Notes under the pieces: model-generated
Databases searched by the model: none
Told to the model about the DNA's origin: nothing
What the model saw: only the letters and a program-made list of their open reading frames with translations
DNA from: Bacteroidota bacterium
Lineage (GTDB): Bacteria > Bacteroidota > Bacteroidia > Cytophagales > Cyclobacteriaceae
DNA length: 64,000 nucleotides
Direction of reading: 5' to 3'
NCBI GenBank assembly: GCA_023417785.1
Contig: JAEZEH010000077.1
Coordinates: forward strand, 2,088 to 66,087
Shown: positions 41,443 to 51,142 of the stretch, one piece after another
Layout of the letters: the number at the start of each line of letters is the position of its first letter
Numbering within the stretch: the stretch's first letter is position 1
Translations under genes and position numbers: made by a program

Positions 41443-42600
41443 ATGAAAAGAATCCTCATTGTCTTTCTTCTGGTACCTTTTCTTTCCATCGGGCAGAGCT
41501 TTCAGCTATCGGAACATGCCGAAATCTCTGTAATAACCTGTGGGCCGTATCAGGGTGAGCTGTACTCCGCTTTTGGTCATAGCGCTTTCAGGGTACACGA
41601 TCCGATAAATCAATATGACGCTGCCTATAATTATGGCGTGTTCAATTTCAACCAACCCAACTTCTACCTGAATTTCGCCCGCGGCTACCTTTATTATCAA
41701 CTTGGCGTTTACGACTACCCCAGTTTTGAAAACGCCTATGTTTCCTATGACCGGTACGTGCACGAACAAGTATTGAATCTCACACCCGATCAGAAGCAGA
41801 AAATGTTCGACTACCTTCAATGGAATGCACTTCCAGAAAATCAGCATTACCGGTACGATTACTTCTATAACAACTGCGCAACCAAAATGCGGGATGTCGT
41901 AGTACACATTCTGGGAGATGACATAAGATTCGATGGTTCTTATATAACTACAGACTACTCTATCCGTGAACTCACCGACATATATCTTAAGAAACAGCCG
42001 TGGGGGGATCTCGGAATTGACATTTGTCTGGGCCTGCCCATGGATAAGGACGCAACGCCGTACGAATACATGTTTTTGCCAGACTATGTTGAATCCGGCT
42101 TCGATCACGCGTTCATTCGTCGCGATGGCGGGGAGGTGCCCGCTGTGAAAACTAAGAACATTATATTTGACTCCCGTGAACAGGTGGCGTCACGGCGTCT
42201 GTACACTCCGTTGATCGTTTTCATCATATTCTTTCTGGGAGCACTTTTTCTGACTTACCGGGATCTGCGGACTGGCAGGCTCACCAAATGGTTCGATGTA
42301 TTACTCTTCGGTGTTACGGGAACAATTGGCGTACTCCTGTTCTATCTTTGGGTTTTCACAGACCACAATGCTGCCGCCAACAATCTCAATATTATTTGGG
42401 CGCTGCCTTTACATCTGGTGGCTGTTATTGCCTTTATCCGAAATCCCCGATGGCTGAGGTACTACTTTGGGGCGGTGGCAGGCCTTTCGCTTATCCTTTT
42501 GGTGATATGGTTCGGTTTACCGCAAAAGTTGCATTATTCCCTCATTCCGCTGGTGATGGCGCAGGGAGCAAGGGCTTTCGCAGAATACAGGCTGAGATAA
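41443..42600 (+). CDS. DUF4105 (Lnb N-terminal periplasmic domain) protein with a C-terminal multi-TM region
   Basis: Signal peptide MKRILIVFLLVPFLSIGQS. DUF4105 signature ISVITCGPYQGELYSAFGHSAFRV...YNYGVFNF. I set the start at the ATG (the track used an upstream TTG). Confidence 0.8.
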   Translation: MKRILIVFLLVPFLSIGQSFQLSEHAEISVITCGPYQGELYSAFGHSAFRVHDPINQYDAAYNYGVFNFNQPNFYLNFARGYLYYQLGVYDYPSFENAYVSYDRYVHEQVLNLTPDQKQKMFDYLQWNALPENQHYRYDYFYNNCATKMRDVVVHILGDDIRFDGSYITTDYSIRELTDIYLKKQPWGDLGIDICLGLPMDKDATPYEYMFLPDYVESGFDHAFIRRDGGEVPAVKTKNIIFDSREQVASRRLYTPLIVFIIFFLGALFLTYRDLRTGRLTKWFDVLLFGVTGTIGVLLFYLWVFTDHNAAANNLNIIWALPLHLVAVIAFIRNPRWLRYYFGAVAGLSLILLVIWFGLPQKLHYSLIPLVMAQGARAFAEYRLR

Positions 42601-42625
42601 AAAAAGCATCGAAACTCGATGCTCC
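42598..42625 (-). terminator. Rho-independent terminator after lpdA
   Basis: AGCATCGA-AAC-TCGATGCT hairpin. On the minus strand it is followed by T7. Confidence 0.65.
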
Positions 42626-42649
42626 TGGAACTTCTCTTTTATTCGGAGA

Positions 42650-44050
42650 TTATAGGTGTATCGGGCGATTTTCCGTTGCCGCCAGACACGCCTCCTTGAA
42701 TGCCTCCATGTAGGTAGGATGGGCGTGTGACATACGAGCCACATCTTCCGCCGATGCCCTGAACTCCATAGCAGTAACTGCAGCTGCTATCATATCGGCA
42801 GCCCGAGCGCCAATTATGTGAACACCCAGAATTTCGTCGGTACTTTTGTCGGCCAGAACTTTTACAAGGCCTTCCGTGTCCATGCTTGCACGTGCGCGCC
42901 CCAGCGCTTTATAAGGGAACGATCCGGTTTTATATGCTCTTCCCTGTTCTTTGAGCTGTTCTTCTGTATAGCCAACGCTCGCGACCTCAGGCCATGTGTA
43001 CACCACCCCGGGAATAAGAAGATAATTAATATGTGGTTTCTGCCCTGCGAGTTGTTCCGCTACCATCACCCCTTCTTCCTCCGCCTTGTGTGCAAGCATC
43101 GCGCCACGAACCACGTCACCGATCGCATAGATGTTTTCAACTTTAGTCTGCAAATGATCATCTACCGGAATCTGGCCCTTCACTGTTTCGATGCCCACTT
43201 TATCAAGATCAAGACCCTCTGTATAGGGACGTCGGCCAATGCTTACAAGACAATAATCCCCCGATAACGATATCGGATCACCACCGTTTTTAGGTTCGGC
43301 TTTTACCGTTACCTCTTTACCCTTTGAATCTACGGCGGTGACTTTGTGCCCAAGGAAGACCTCTATCCCCAGTTTTTTGGCAACTTTCAATAGCTCCTTT
43401 CCCATCGTACCGTCCATTGTAGGAATAAGGCTGTCGAGGAATTCAACAACAGTGACCTTTGCGCCCAGGCGCGCGTAAACAGACCCGAGTTCCATACCGA
43501 TCACGCCACCACCAATAACAATGAGGTGTTTCGGAACTTCCTTTAATTCGAGCGCTTCGGTACTACTGATGATCCTCTTTTTGTCGAAAGCTGCGAATGG
43601 TAGCGGCGTCGGCTTTGACCCCGTTGCGATAATAATTTTTTCGGACGTAATCGTGCTTTCCTTTCCGTCGTTGCTGGTAATCTTGATAGTGTTTTTATCA
43701 ACAAATGATCCCACGCCCCGGTGTACATCGATTTTGTTCTTCTTCATCAGAAAAGCAATACCATCTACGTTGGATTTGACAACTCCTGCCTTTCGTGAAA
43801 TCATTTGGGCAAGATTCAATTTGGGTGCAGGAATATCAATGCCGTGTTCCTTAAAGCGCTGTTTGGCGTTGATGAAATGCTCCGACGAGTCCAGCAATGC
43901 TTTGCTCGGAATACATCCAACGTTAAGACATGTTCCACCAAGCGTATCGTATTTTTCGATGATTGCTGTTTTAAAACCCAGCTGCGCACAGCGGATAGCC
44001 GCGACGTAACCACCGGGACCTGAACCAATAACCGTGACGTTATATTGCAT
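42650..44050 (-). CDS. lpdA: Dihydrolipoyl dehydrogenase (E3)
   Basis: GSGPGGY FAD motif, redox-active GGTCLNVGCIPSK, and the C-terminal HAHPT motif. 466 aa. Confidence 0.95.
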   Translation of the reverse strand: MQYNVTVIGSGPGGYVAAIRCAQLGFKTAIIEKYDTLGGTCLNVGCIPSKALLDSSEHFINAKQRFKEHGIDIPAPKLNLAQMISRKAGVVKSNVDGIAFLMKKNKIDVHRGVGSFVDKNTIKITSNDGKESTITSEKIIIATGSKPTPLPFAAFDKKRIISSTEALELKEVPKHLIVIGGGVIGMELGSVYARLGAKVTVVEFLDSLIPTMDGTMGKELLKVAKKLGIEVFLGHKVTAVDSKGKEVTVKAEPKNGGDPISLSGDYCLVSIGRRPYTEGLDLDKVGIETVKGQIPVDDHLQTKVENIYAIGDVVRGAMLAHKAEEEGVMVAEQLAGQKPHINYLLIPGVVYTWPEVASVGYTEEQLKEQGRAYKTGSFPYKALGRARASMDTEGLVKVLADKSTDEILGVHIIGARAADMIAAAVTAMEFRASAEDVARMSHAHPTYMEAFKEACLAATENRPIHL

Positions 44051-44115
44051 ACTATTATTTTTGCTATGAACTGTCTGGAAGATAAATGCAGGAATCTGTT
44101 TGTTTCTCTGATTAG

Positions 44116-45624
44116 TTAGACACCCAGGATCAATCTGCCCGGATCTTCAAGCATTTCCTTCATACGGAAGAGGAAGCTTACTGACTCACGTCCATCGACA
44201 ATCCGATGGTCGTACGACAAGGCGACAAACATGATTGGTCTGACCACAATTTCACCGTTGAGGACCACCGGGCGCTCAACAATGTTGTGCATTCCGAGGA
44301 TCGCCGACTGCGGTGGGTTGATGATAGGTGTCGACAACATCGAGCCAAAAACACCCCCGTTTGTTATGGAAAACGTTCCTCCTGTCATTTCGTCGATGGA
44401 GAGTTTTCCATCGCGGCCGCGGGTAGCCAGCCTGACAACCTCGCTCTCAATCTGGGCAAAGCTTAACTGATCAGCGTTCCGGATAACAGGTACCACAAGT
44501 CCCCTCGGAGTGGATACTGCTATAGAGACGTCACAGTAGTCGTGGTAAATGATCTCATCATTATCAATAGATGCATTGACCCCGGGAAATTCCTTCGTAG
44601 CGGCACAGACAGCCTTAATGAAGAATGACATGAAACCAAGCCCCACGCCGTATTTTTCCTTGAACTTATCCTTGAATTTGCCGCGAAGATCCATCACCGG
44701 TTTCATGTCCACCTCGTTGAAGGTGGTGAGCATCGCGGTTTCATTCTTTACCGATACAAGCCGGCGCGCGATCGTTTTTCGCAATGAGGTCATCTTCTCG
44801 CGACGCTCCTCCCTGGCTCCGCCTGTCGAAATGGTCGGAGGACCTGAGGCAGCTTTTTTCTCCGCTGGCCTGTCGGCTGATGACTGAGCTTTTTGTGCAT
44901 CTTCTTTAGTTATACGTCCGCCTACGCCGGTTCCCTGAACCTGATTGGCGGGAACACCCTTTTCATCAAGGATCTTCGCTGCTGCCGGAGACGGGTGGCC
45001 GGCCGCGTAATTGGCGCCGTCCTGTTTGGAAGTAGCTTTTTCGGTGGCGGACAATTCCTGCGCCGCGGGCGCGCCCTCTGCGACCTCGATTTTGCAGATA
45101 AGTCCCCCGATAGGCAAGGCCTGTTGTTCTTTCGCGACGATTCTCAGTATCCCACTGGCCTCAGCGGGTAGCTCAAACGTTGCTTTATCGGATTCAACCT
45201 CGGCTATGACCTCATCAAGTTTCACAAAGTCGCCGTCCTTTTTCAGCCACGTCGAAATGGTCACCTCCGTGATCGATTCGCCGACGGCCGGGACCTTCAT
45301 TTCCTTCACTTCCCCTGTTGCCTTCGGTCCGGATTCTTTTTTGGGTGTCGAAGGCTTTTCTGATTCCGCCGGGGGCGACGCCGTTTTTCCGTTCTCGTTT
45401 ATCTCACAGATCACCTCCCCGATCGGTACAGTTTCACCCTGTTGTTTTAATATCTTCAGAACACCCGGACTTTGCGCGGTAAGCTCAAACGTGGCTTTGT
45501 CGGATTCCAATTCAGCAATCACCTCATCCATCTTCACGACATCGCCGTCCTTTTTTAGCCAATTGGCAATCGTTACCTCGGAAATTGATTCCCCAACGGT
45601 GGGTACTTTTACTTGATATGCCAT
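44116..45624 (-). CDS. sucB: 2-oxoglutarate dehydrogenase E2, dihydrolipoyllysine-residue succinyltransferase, with two lipoyl domains
   Basis: Two ESDKATFEL lipoyl-attachment motifs, an Ala/Pro linker, a PSBD, and a catalytic domain with DHRIVDG. It lies directly downstream of sucA. Confidence 0.92.
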   Translation of the reverse strand: MAYQVKVPTVGESISEVTIANWLKKDGDVVKMDEVIAELESDKATFELTAQSPGVLKILKQQGETVPIGEVICEINENGKTASPPAESEKPSTPKKESGPKATGEVKEMKVPAVGESITEVTISTWLKKDGDFVKLDEVIAEVESDKATFELPAEASGILRIVAKEQQALPIGGLICKIEVAEGAPAAQELSATEKATSKQDGANYAAGHPSPAAAKILDEKGVPANQVQGTGVGGRITKEDAQKAQSSADRPAEKKAASGPPTISTGGAREERREKMTSLRKTIARRLVSVKNETAMLTTFNEVDMKPVMDLRGKFKDKFKEKYGVGLGFMSFFIKAVCAATKEFPGVNASIDNDEIIYHDYCDVSIAVSTPRGLVVPVIRNADQLSFAQIESEVVRLATRGRDGKLSIDEMTGGTFSITNGGVFGSMLSTPIINPPQSAILGMHNIVERPVVLNGEIVVRPIMFVALSYDHRIVDGRESVSFLFRMKEMLEDPGRLILGV

Positions 45625-45679
45625 TAATTTTCGTTTTTAATATTTGGGTTTTTTACAAGGTTCTTTGTTGATAGCCAGG

Positions 45680-48415
45680 TCAGATCTCAAAAGCACTCTG
45701 GATAATTTTCTCCTGTTCAACTTTGTGGATCTTCGAGTAACCGGTAGCTGGCGAAGCACTTGCCTTCCGGGAAATGTATTCGATGTTCTGCTTCGGCATC
45801 ATGCGCTGAATAAAGGACTTGTAACCCATATTCGAAGGTTCTTCCTGCACCCATAGCAGCTTCGCATCCTTGTATTTCCTGATTATTGCTTTAATGTGTT
45901 TTTCCGGAAATGGTGCCAGTTGTTCCACGCGGACAATTGCGGCATCTTTGGATTTCCTTTTCTGCTGGGCTTCAAGAAGGTCATAATAGATCTTGCCGCT
46001 GCACAGCACTACCCGGTTGACTTCTTTGGCCGACGCTTTAGGATCGTCAATAACTTCAAGGAACGATCCATCGGTAAACTCCTTTATCGGGGAGATAACC
46101 GCGGGATGACGGAGCAAAGATTTGGGCGAGAATACGATACATGGCTTGCGGAAGTGCCACATCACTTGGCGTCTCAAAAGGTGGAAGAAGTTCGCCGGGG
46201 TCGTCGGGTTCGCTACGACCATGTTATATTCCGCATAAAGCTGAAGGAAACGCTCCGGCCGCGCACTGGAATGCTCCGGTCCCTGCCCTTCGTAACCATG
46301 CGGTAAGAGCAGGACCAGACCATTCATGCGTTGCCATTTTGATTCGGCACTCGAGAGAAACTGGTCAATAATTACCTGCGCTCCATTGACGAAATCCCCG
46401 AATTGCGCCTCCCAAATGACAAGCGCACGCGGCGACGCCATCGCATACCCATATTCGTAACCCAAAACACCAAATTCCGAAAGCAGCGAGTTGAAGATAT
46501 GAAACGCACCTTGTCCCTTGTCCATATTATCAAGACCACAATATGGCTCGTTCGTATTAGCATCGAAAAAGTAGGCGTGCCGATGTGAGAAGGTGCCGCG
46601 TTTAACATCCTGTCCCGACATCCGCACGGGCGTTTTCTCGAGGAGGAGAGAACCGTAAGCAAGTAACTCGGCTTCCGCCCAACCTAACACTCTCTCTTCG
46701 AAGAATGCAGTAGTACGATCTTTCAGAAGCTTTTCGATTTGCTTCAACGGCTTGAACCCTTCAGGAATCGTAGTTAGTGCTCTCCCAACCTTTTCGATGA
46801 CGTTGCTTTTTATCGAAGTGTCCGGATTCTTGTCGAAGTCCTCCGGCTTTGCAAAATGCATCTGCTCCCATTCCTCTTCGATCTTTTGTGGTTTATATGG
46901 AAGTGGTTTTTGTTTGACCTCGTTCAAACGATCCTGTAGCTGGTTTCTAAACGTCTTATCCAGTTCCTCAGCCAATGCTGCATTTACCTGTCCACCATCA
47001 ACAAGCTTCTTCACGTAGACCTCCCGTGGATTGGGATGTTTCGCGATGATGTTGTACAACTTAGGTTGAGTAAACTTGGGTTCATCACTTTCATTATGGC
47101 CGTGACGTCGGTAGCACAACAGGTCGATAAAAATGTCTTTCTTATACTTGACTCGGTACTCCACGGCAAGATTGGCGGCAAAACTCACCGCTTCGGCATC
47201 GTCACCATTAACATGCAAAACGGGGGCATCGACAATCTTCGCTATATCTGTACAATAAATACTGGTCCGTGCATCGTCATAGTCAGTAGTAAAACCGACC
47301 TGATTATTGATAACAAAATGAATTGTTCCTCCTGTTGTGTATCCCGGCAGACCTGACATCTGCACTACTTCGTAGACAATTCCCTGTCCGGCAACTGCAG
47401 CATCTCCATGAATCAGCACAGCCATGCCTTGTACGACGTCACCTTTGTATTCGTCGTCGATCTGGCCGCGCGTATAACCTAATACCAAAGGATCGACTGC
47501 TTCCAGGTGGGAAGGGTTGGGAGTCAGCTTTACATAAATCTTCTTACCGGAAGGTGTATTGATGTGACTTGAATAGCCAAGGTGATACTTCACATCACCA
47601 TCGCCCATCGTCTGATCTGGGCTTACATTGCCTTCGAACTCCGTAAATATCTGCTCGTAGGTTTTACCCAGAATGTTGGTAAGGACATTGAGACGGCCAC
47701 GGTGAGCCATACCAATGACCACCTCTTTGACGCCAAGCTCAGCTGACTTGTTTATTATAGTCTGAAGCGCAGGGATGGTGTTTTCACCACCTTCGAGCGA
47801 AAACCTCTTTTGCCCGATGAACTTGGTATGAAGAAAGTTCTCGAAAACCACCGCCTCATTTAGCTTGCTAAGGATGCGCTTTTTTTCCTCCTGGCTGGGA
47901 TTATACGAATAGTATTCCTTCTCGATCTTTTCGTACAACCAGGCCCGGATTTCGTCGTTGCGAATGAAGTTATGTTCAAATCCGATTGGCCCCAGATATA
48001 CCGCCTGAAGTTTTTCGATAATCTTCCGGAGAGTTGATCGCGACATGCCGATCTCTGAACCCACGTCGAACTCTGTATCCAGGTCTGCGTCAGTAAGGCC
48101 GACGCTCTTATGGTCGAGGTTCACATGGTGATTTCTGCGTTCGCGAACGGGGTTGGTCCTGGACTTCAGATGACCAAAAGACCTGTAGGCGAAAATGAGA
48201 TTTCGAACCTGAGTTTCCTTGATCGAGTGAGAGTCTTCCTCACCCGAAGCTGATGGTGTATGCCCATCTTCACCATAGCGCTGCTGGGAGAAATCATAGC
48301 CTTCAAAAAATTTCTGCCATGTGACATCAACCGATTGCGGATCAGCTTTATAATTCTGATACATTTGATCCAGATATCCGACATCGGCGTTTGATATGTA
48401 GGAATATTTATCCAT
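45680..48415 (-). CDS. sucA: 2-oxoglutarate dehydrogenase E1 component
   Basis: Full-length E1o similarity (about 911 aa, ThDP motif region GDAAVAGQG). I set the start at MDKYSYISNA (the track used TTG 4 codons upstream). Confidence 0.95.
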   Translation of the reverse strand: MDKYSYISNADVGYLDQMYQNYKADPQSVDVTWQKFFEGYDFSQQRYGEDGHTPSASGEEDSHSIKETQVRNLIFAYRSFGHLKSRTNPVRERRNHHVNLDHKSVGLTDADLDTEFDVGSEIGMSRSTLRKIIEKLQAVYLGPIGFEHNFIRNDEIRAWLYEKIEKEYYSYNPSQEEKKRILSKLNEAVVFENFLHTKFIGQKRFSLEGGENTIPALQTIINKSAELGVKEVVIGMAHRGRLNVLTNILGKTYEQIFTEFEGNVSPDQTMGDGDVKYHLGYSSHINTPSGKKIYVKLTPNPSHLEAVDPLVLGYTRGQIDDEYKGDVVQGMAVLIHGDAAVAGQGIVYEVVQMSGLPGYTTGGTIHFVINNQVGFTTDYDDARTSIYCTDIAKIVDAPVLHVNGDDAEAVSFAANLAVEYRVKYKKDIFIDLLCYRRHGHNESDEPKFTQPKLYNIIAKHPNPREVYVKKLVDGGQVNAALAEELDKTFRNQLQDRLNEVKQKPLPYKPQKIEEEWEQMHFAKPEDFDKNPDTSIKSNVIEKVGRALTTIPEGFKPLKQIEKLLKDRTTAFFEERVLGWAEAELLAYGSLLLEKTPVRMSGQDVKRGTFSHRHAYFFDANTNEPYCGLDNMDKGQGAFHIFNSLLSEFGVLGYEYGYAMASPRALVIWEAQFGDFVNGAQVIIDQFLSSAESKWQRMNGLVLLLPHGYEGQGPEHSSARPERFLQLYAEYNMVVANPTTPANFFHLLRRQVMWHFRKPCIVFSPKSLLRHPAVISPIKEFTDGSFLEVIDDPKASAKEVNRVVLCSGKIYYDLLEAQQKRKSKDAAIVRVEQLAPFPEKHIKAIIRKYKDAKLLWVQEEPSNMGYKSFIQRMMPKQNIEYISRKASASPATGYSKIHKVEQEKIIQSAFEI

Positions 48416-48431
48416 TGTTTTTTGCAAAAAA

Positions 48432-48439
48432 CAAATGTA
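48432..48439 (-). promoter_or_regulatory. Bacteroidota -7 promoter element (TACATTTG) for sucA-sucB-lpdA
   Basis: Exact TAnnTTTG match on the minus strand, 17 nt upstream of the sucA ATG. Confidence 0.4.
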
Positions 48440-48550
48440 GAGATAGCATATCGAATTAAAAAACTGCGTACTCGCTTATACGAATATATCAAATTATCCA
48501 TCGGTTTACGAGTTTTTAGTTCATTTGGTTTTTTGAAGTCGTTTTTCCCT

Positions 48551-48558
48551 TATCTTTG
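48551..48558 (+). promoter_or_regulatory. Bacteroidota -7 promoter element (TATCTTTG) for rpsP
   Basis: Exact TAnnTTTG match, 47 nt upstream of the rpsP ATG. Confidence 0.4.
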
Positions 48559-48604
48559 CGATCTTTAAAAATTCTGGACGAGTTCCAATCAAACATTTTA
48601 AGCA

Positions 48605-49138
48605 ATGGTTAAAATCAGACTGGCCCGCAGAGGCCGCAGAAAACTGGCAACGTACGATGTAGTCGTAGCTGACGCCAGAGCGCCACGTGATGGTCGCTTT
48701 ATTGAAAAACTGGGAACGTACAATCCGTTAACTGTTCCCGCTCAGATCAACATTAATGACGACCGTGCGTTTCATTGGGTCATGCAAGGCGCACAACCTA
48801 CAGACACGGTCAAAGCAATGCTTTCCTTCCGGGGTGTAATGCTTCGTAAACACCTTCAGATTGGTGTTTTGAAAGGTGCCATCACTCAGGAGGTCGCCGA
48901 TTCGAAACTCGCTGACTGGCTGAAAAACAAGGAAGCCTCAATTGAAGCGAAACGTGACAAGCTGACGCAGTCTAAAGAAGAGAAAGCGAAAGCACGGAAA
49001 GCGGCTGAAACGAAGGTTCGTGAAGCCCGCGCAGAAGCTATTCGCAAGAAAGCTCAGGTGGTTGAAGAAGTTGCTCCTGCCTCTGAAGAATCCGGAGAAA
49101 CTGTTCCTGCTGAACAAGGCGGCGAAGCGCAAGCATAA
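48605..49138 (+). CDS. rpsP: 30S ribosomal protein S16 with a Lys/Glu/Ala-rich C-terminal extension
   Basis: MVKIRLARRGRRKLATYDVVVADARAPRDGRFIEKLGTYNP core, then an extension of about 90 aa as seen in Bacteroidota S16. Confidence 0.93.
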   Translation: MVKIRLARRGRRKLATYDVVVADARAPRDGRFIEKLGTYNPLTVPAQININDDRAFHWVMQGAQPTDTVKAMLSFRGVMLRKHLQIGVLKGAITQEVADSKLADWLKNKEASIEAKRDKLTQSKEEKAKARKAAETKVREARAEAIRKKAQVVEEVAPASEESGETVPAEQGGEAQA

Positions 49139-49155
49139 CCGATACCTAAAAAATG

Positions 49156-49190
49156 AAAATGCCAATGCCATCAGGTATTGGCATTTTTGT
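49156..49190 (+). terminator. Strong hairpin plus T-run between rpsP and rimM (terminator or attenuator)
   Basis: Perfect 11-bp stem AAAATGCCAAT/ATTGGCATTTT with a 10-nt loop, running into TTTTTGTTT. It lies 19 nt before the rimM ATG. Confidence 0.65.
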
Positions 49191-49208
49191 TTCATTGTTT
49201 CCCTCATC

Positions 49209-49724
49209 ATGGATATAAGTAAGTGCTACAAGATCGGTTTCATTCTTAAGCCCCACGGTCTAAAGGGAGCCGTAACGATATCCTGGGATGCCGACGCCCC
49301 CGAAGATCTGCATTCCCTGTCATCGGTCTTTCTCGAAATTGCCGGCGACCTCGTTCCTTATTTCATTGAATCCATATCCCCGAAAGGGAATAAGGCATTC
49401 GTCAAGTTCGAGGATGTCAGCTCCATTGAGGAGGCGGAGGAAATCGCGAAAAAGGCCGTTTACCTCGCCCGAGAATCCAGGCCAAAATCCATTCGCGGTG
49501 AATTTTACGACGACGAGGTAGCCGGTTTTCTTGTGACGGACGAAAATCTGGGCGACCTCGGCGTGATATCAGGCGTGATGAATGCCGGACCGAACAGGCT
49601 TCTGGTTCTCAATCACCAGGAAAAGGAGGTCCTCATCCCGGTAAACAGCCCATTCATCCGAAGCCTCAACAAGGCCAAAAAGACCTTCATGGTTAATCTT
49701 CCGGATGGATTTTTGGATATTTGA
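49209..49724 (+). CDS. rimM: 16S rRNA processing protein RimM
   Basis: [13 protein letters not shown] motif and a PRC barrel at the C-terminus. I set the start at [10 protein letters not shown]. The track start at 49020 would overlap rpsP and the terminator. Confidence 0.9.
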   Translation: MDISKCYKIGFILKPHGLKGAVTISWDADAPEDLHSLSSVFLEIAGDLVPYFIESISPKGNKAFVKFEDVSSIEEAEEIAKKAVYLARESRPKSIRGEFYDDEVAGFLVTDENLGDLGVISGVMNAGPNRLLVLNHQEKEVLIPVNSPFIRSLNKAKKTFMVNLPDGFLDI

Positions 49725-49726
49725 TC

Positions 49727-50425
49727 ATGCATATTGACATCATCACCACGCTGCCCCGGCTTATAGAAAGTCCGTTTTCCGATTCAATTTTGAAACGGGC
49801 TCAGGCAAAGGGGATCGTCACACTGAATGTTGTGGATTTACGTCAATATGCGATCAATAAACACAAGACAACAGACGACTACGCTTTCGGAGGCGGGGCC
49901 GGCATGGTGATGATGATTGAACCAATTGACCGGTGCATCTCGGACCTGAAGGCGAAAAGGGATTATGATGAGATCATTTACATGAGCCCCGACGGCGAAC
50001 GATTCAGCCAGTCGCTGGCCAACCAGCTGAGTCTTAAGCAAAACCTGATTATTCTGTGCGGGCATTATAAGGGCGTCGATGAGCGCGTCCGGGAGCACCT
50101 TGTCACCCGCGAAATCAGTATCGGTGATTACGTTTTATCGGGAGGGGAACTGGCAGCAGCGGTGGTAACTGATGCAATCGTCAGGCTAATTCCGGGGGTA
50201 CTTTCGGACGAAACCAGCGCTCTCACAGACTCTTTTCAGGATGGCCTGATTGCTCCACCCGTGTATACCAGACCGGCGGAATACAAAGGCTGGAAGGTTC
50301 CCGATGTTTTATTGTCAGGCCACGAATCACACATCGAAGCCTGGCGACACGAGCAAGCCCTAGAAAGAACACGCAAGCGACGCCCTGAATTATGGGAAAA
50401 ACACCAAAATCCGGGAAAAGAATAA
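49727..50425 (+). CDS. trmD: tRNA (guanine37-N1)-methyltransferase
   Basis: IDIITTLP..., [13 protein letters not shown], and the [10 protein letters not shown] and [11 protein letters not shown] motifs. 232 aa from the ATG. Confidence 0.93.
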   Translation: MHIDIITTLPRLIESPFSDSILKRAQAKGIVTLNVVDLRQYAINKHKTTDDYAFGGGAGMVMMIEPIDRCISDLKAKRDYDEIIYMSPDGERFSQSLANQLSLKQNLIILCGHYKGVDERVREHLVTREISIGDYVLSGGELAAAVVTDAIVRLIPGVLSDETSALTDSFQDGLIAPPVYTRPAEYKGWKVPDVLLSGHESHIEAWRHEQALERTRKRRPELWEKHQNPGKE

Positions 50426-50464
50426 ACATTTTCGGACGCCATTTCATAATCCCGTTTTATTACC

Positions 50465-50472
50465 TACATTTG
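50465..50472 (+). promoter_or_regulatory. Bacteroidota -7 promoter element (TACATTTG) for rplS
   Basis: Exact TAnnTTTG match, 27 nt upstream of the rplS ATG. Confidence 0.4.
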
Positions 50473-50498
50473 CACTCCATTTTCATAACCATCGAGTC

Positions 50499-50849
50499 AT
50501 GGCCGATCTAATAAAAGTAGTAGAGCAGGAATTTACGAAAGTACGTGAGTCACTACCCGATTTTAAGCCAGGTGATACTATAAATGTTCACGTTAAAATC
50601 AAGGAAGGAAATAAAGAGAGAATTCAGCAGTTCCAGGGTACGGTAATCCAGCGTCGTGGCACTGGTTCCGGAGAAACTTTCACTGTGCGGAAGATATCCA
50701 ACAGCGTTGGCGTTGAGCGTATTTTCCCGATTCTGTCGCCAAGTATCAGTAAGATTGAACTTCTTAAATCCGGTCGGGTTCGTCGCGCGAAGCTGTACTA
50801 CCTCAAAGGTCGTCATGGCAAAGCTGCACGTATTCGCGAGAAGGTCTAG
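50499..50849 (+). CDS. rplS: 50S ribosomal protein L19
   Basis: [29 protein letters not shown] and FTVRKIS..GVERIFP motifs. 116 aa. Confidence 0.95.
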   Translation: MADLIKVVEQEFTKVRESLPDFKPGDTINVHVKIKEGNKERIQQFQGTVIQRRGTGSGETFTVRKISNSVGVERIFPILSPSISKIELLKSGRVRRAKLYYLKGRHGKAARIREKV

Positions 50850-50867
50850 TTTTCCTGCACAATATTC

Positions 50868-50893
50868 AAAGCCACCTTCGGGTGGCTTTTTTT
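50868..50893 (+). terminator. Rho-independent terminator after rplS
   Basis: AAAGCCACC-TTCG-GGTGGCTTT hairpin followed by a T-run. Confidence 0.75.
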
Positions 50894-51103
50894 GTTTGTG
50901 TCCGCTGACGTCAAAGCCGCCCTTGGCCTCAGACAAAAGTCTCCGGCTAATATGACTAAAAACAGTAAAATGCGTGTTATAATAAAACCCTGCAAATAGG
51001 CGGATTTCGCAGGCTGGCAGTTTTTGAGAATTTTTATTGCAACGATTGAAATGGCATGAAAACCGCGAAATTCCTCTGAATTAGCATAAAAATAAATAAT
51101 TGA

Positions 51104-51111
51104 TAACTTTG
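51104..51111 (+). promoter_or_regulatory. Bacteroidota -7 promoter element (TAACTTTG) for fbaB
   Basis: Exact TAnnTTTG match, 32 nt upstream of the ATG. Confidence 0.4.
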
Positions 51112-51142
51112 TGCCCGCCTCAAAAAAATAAAACACCCAGAT

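Noticed and set aside
48860-49138. Long Lys/Glu/Ala-rich C-terminal extension of ribosomal protein S16
   Set aside because: As far as I recall, extended S16 proteins of about 180 aa are the norm in Bacteroidota. I treat it as a lineage trait and not a local novelty.
49020-49208. The track start of rimM at 49020, which overlaps the end of rpsP by 119 nt
   Set aside because: The extension would be translated across the rpsP 3' end and an 11-bp-stem terminator. The RimM family N-terminus begins at [20 protein letters not shown] (49209).
50846-51136. 96-aa minus-strand ORF filling the rplS-fbaB intergenic region
   Set aside because: It reads through the rplS terminator hairpin and the fbaB -7 promoter box. 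Its sequence is low-complexity and hydrophobic, with no upstream promoter element.
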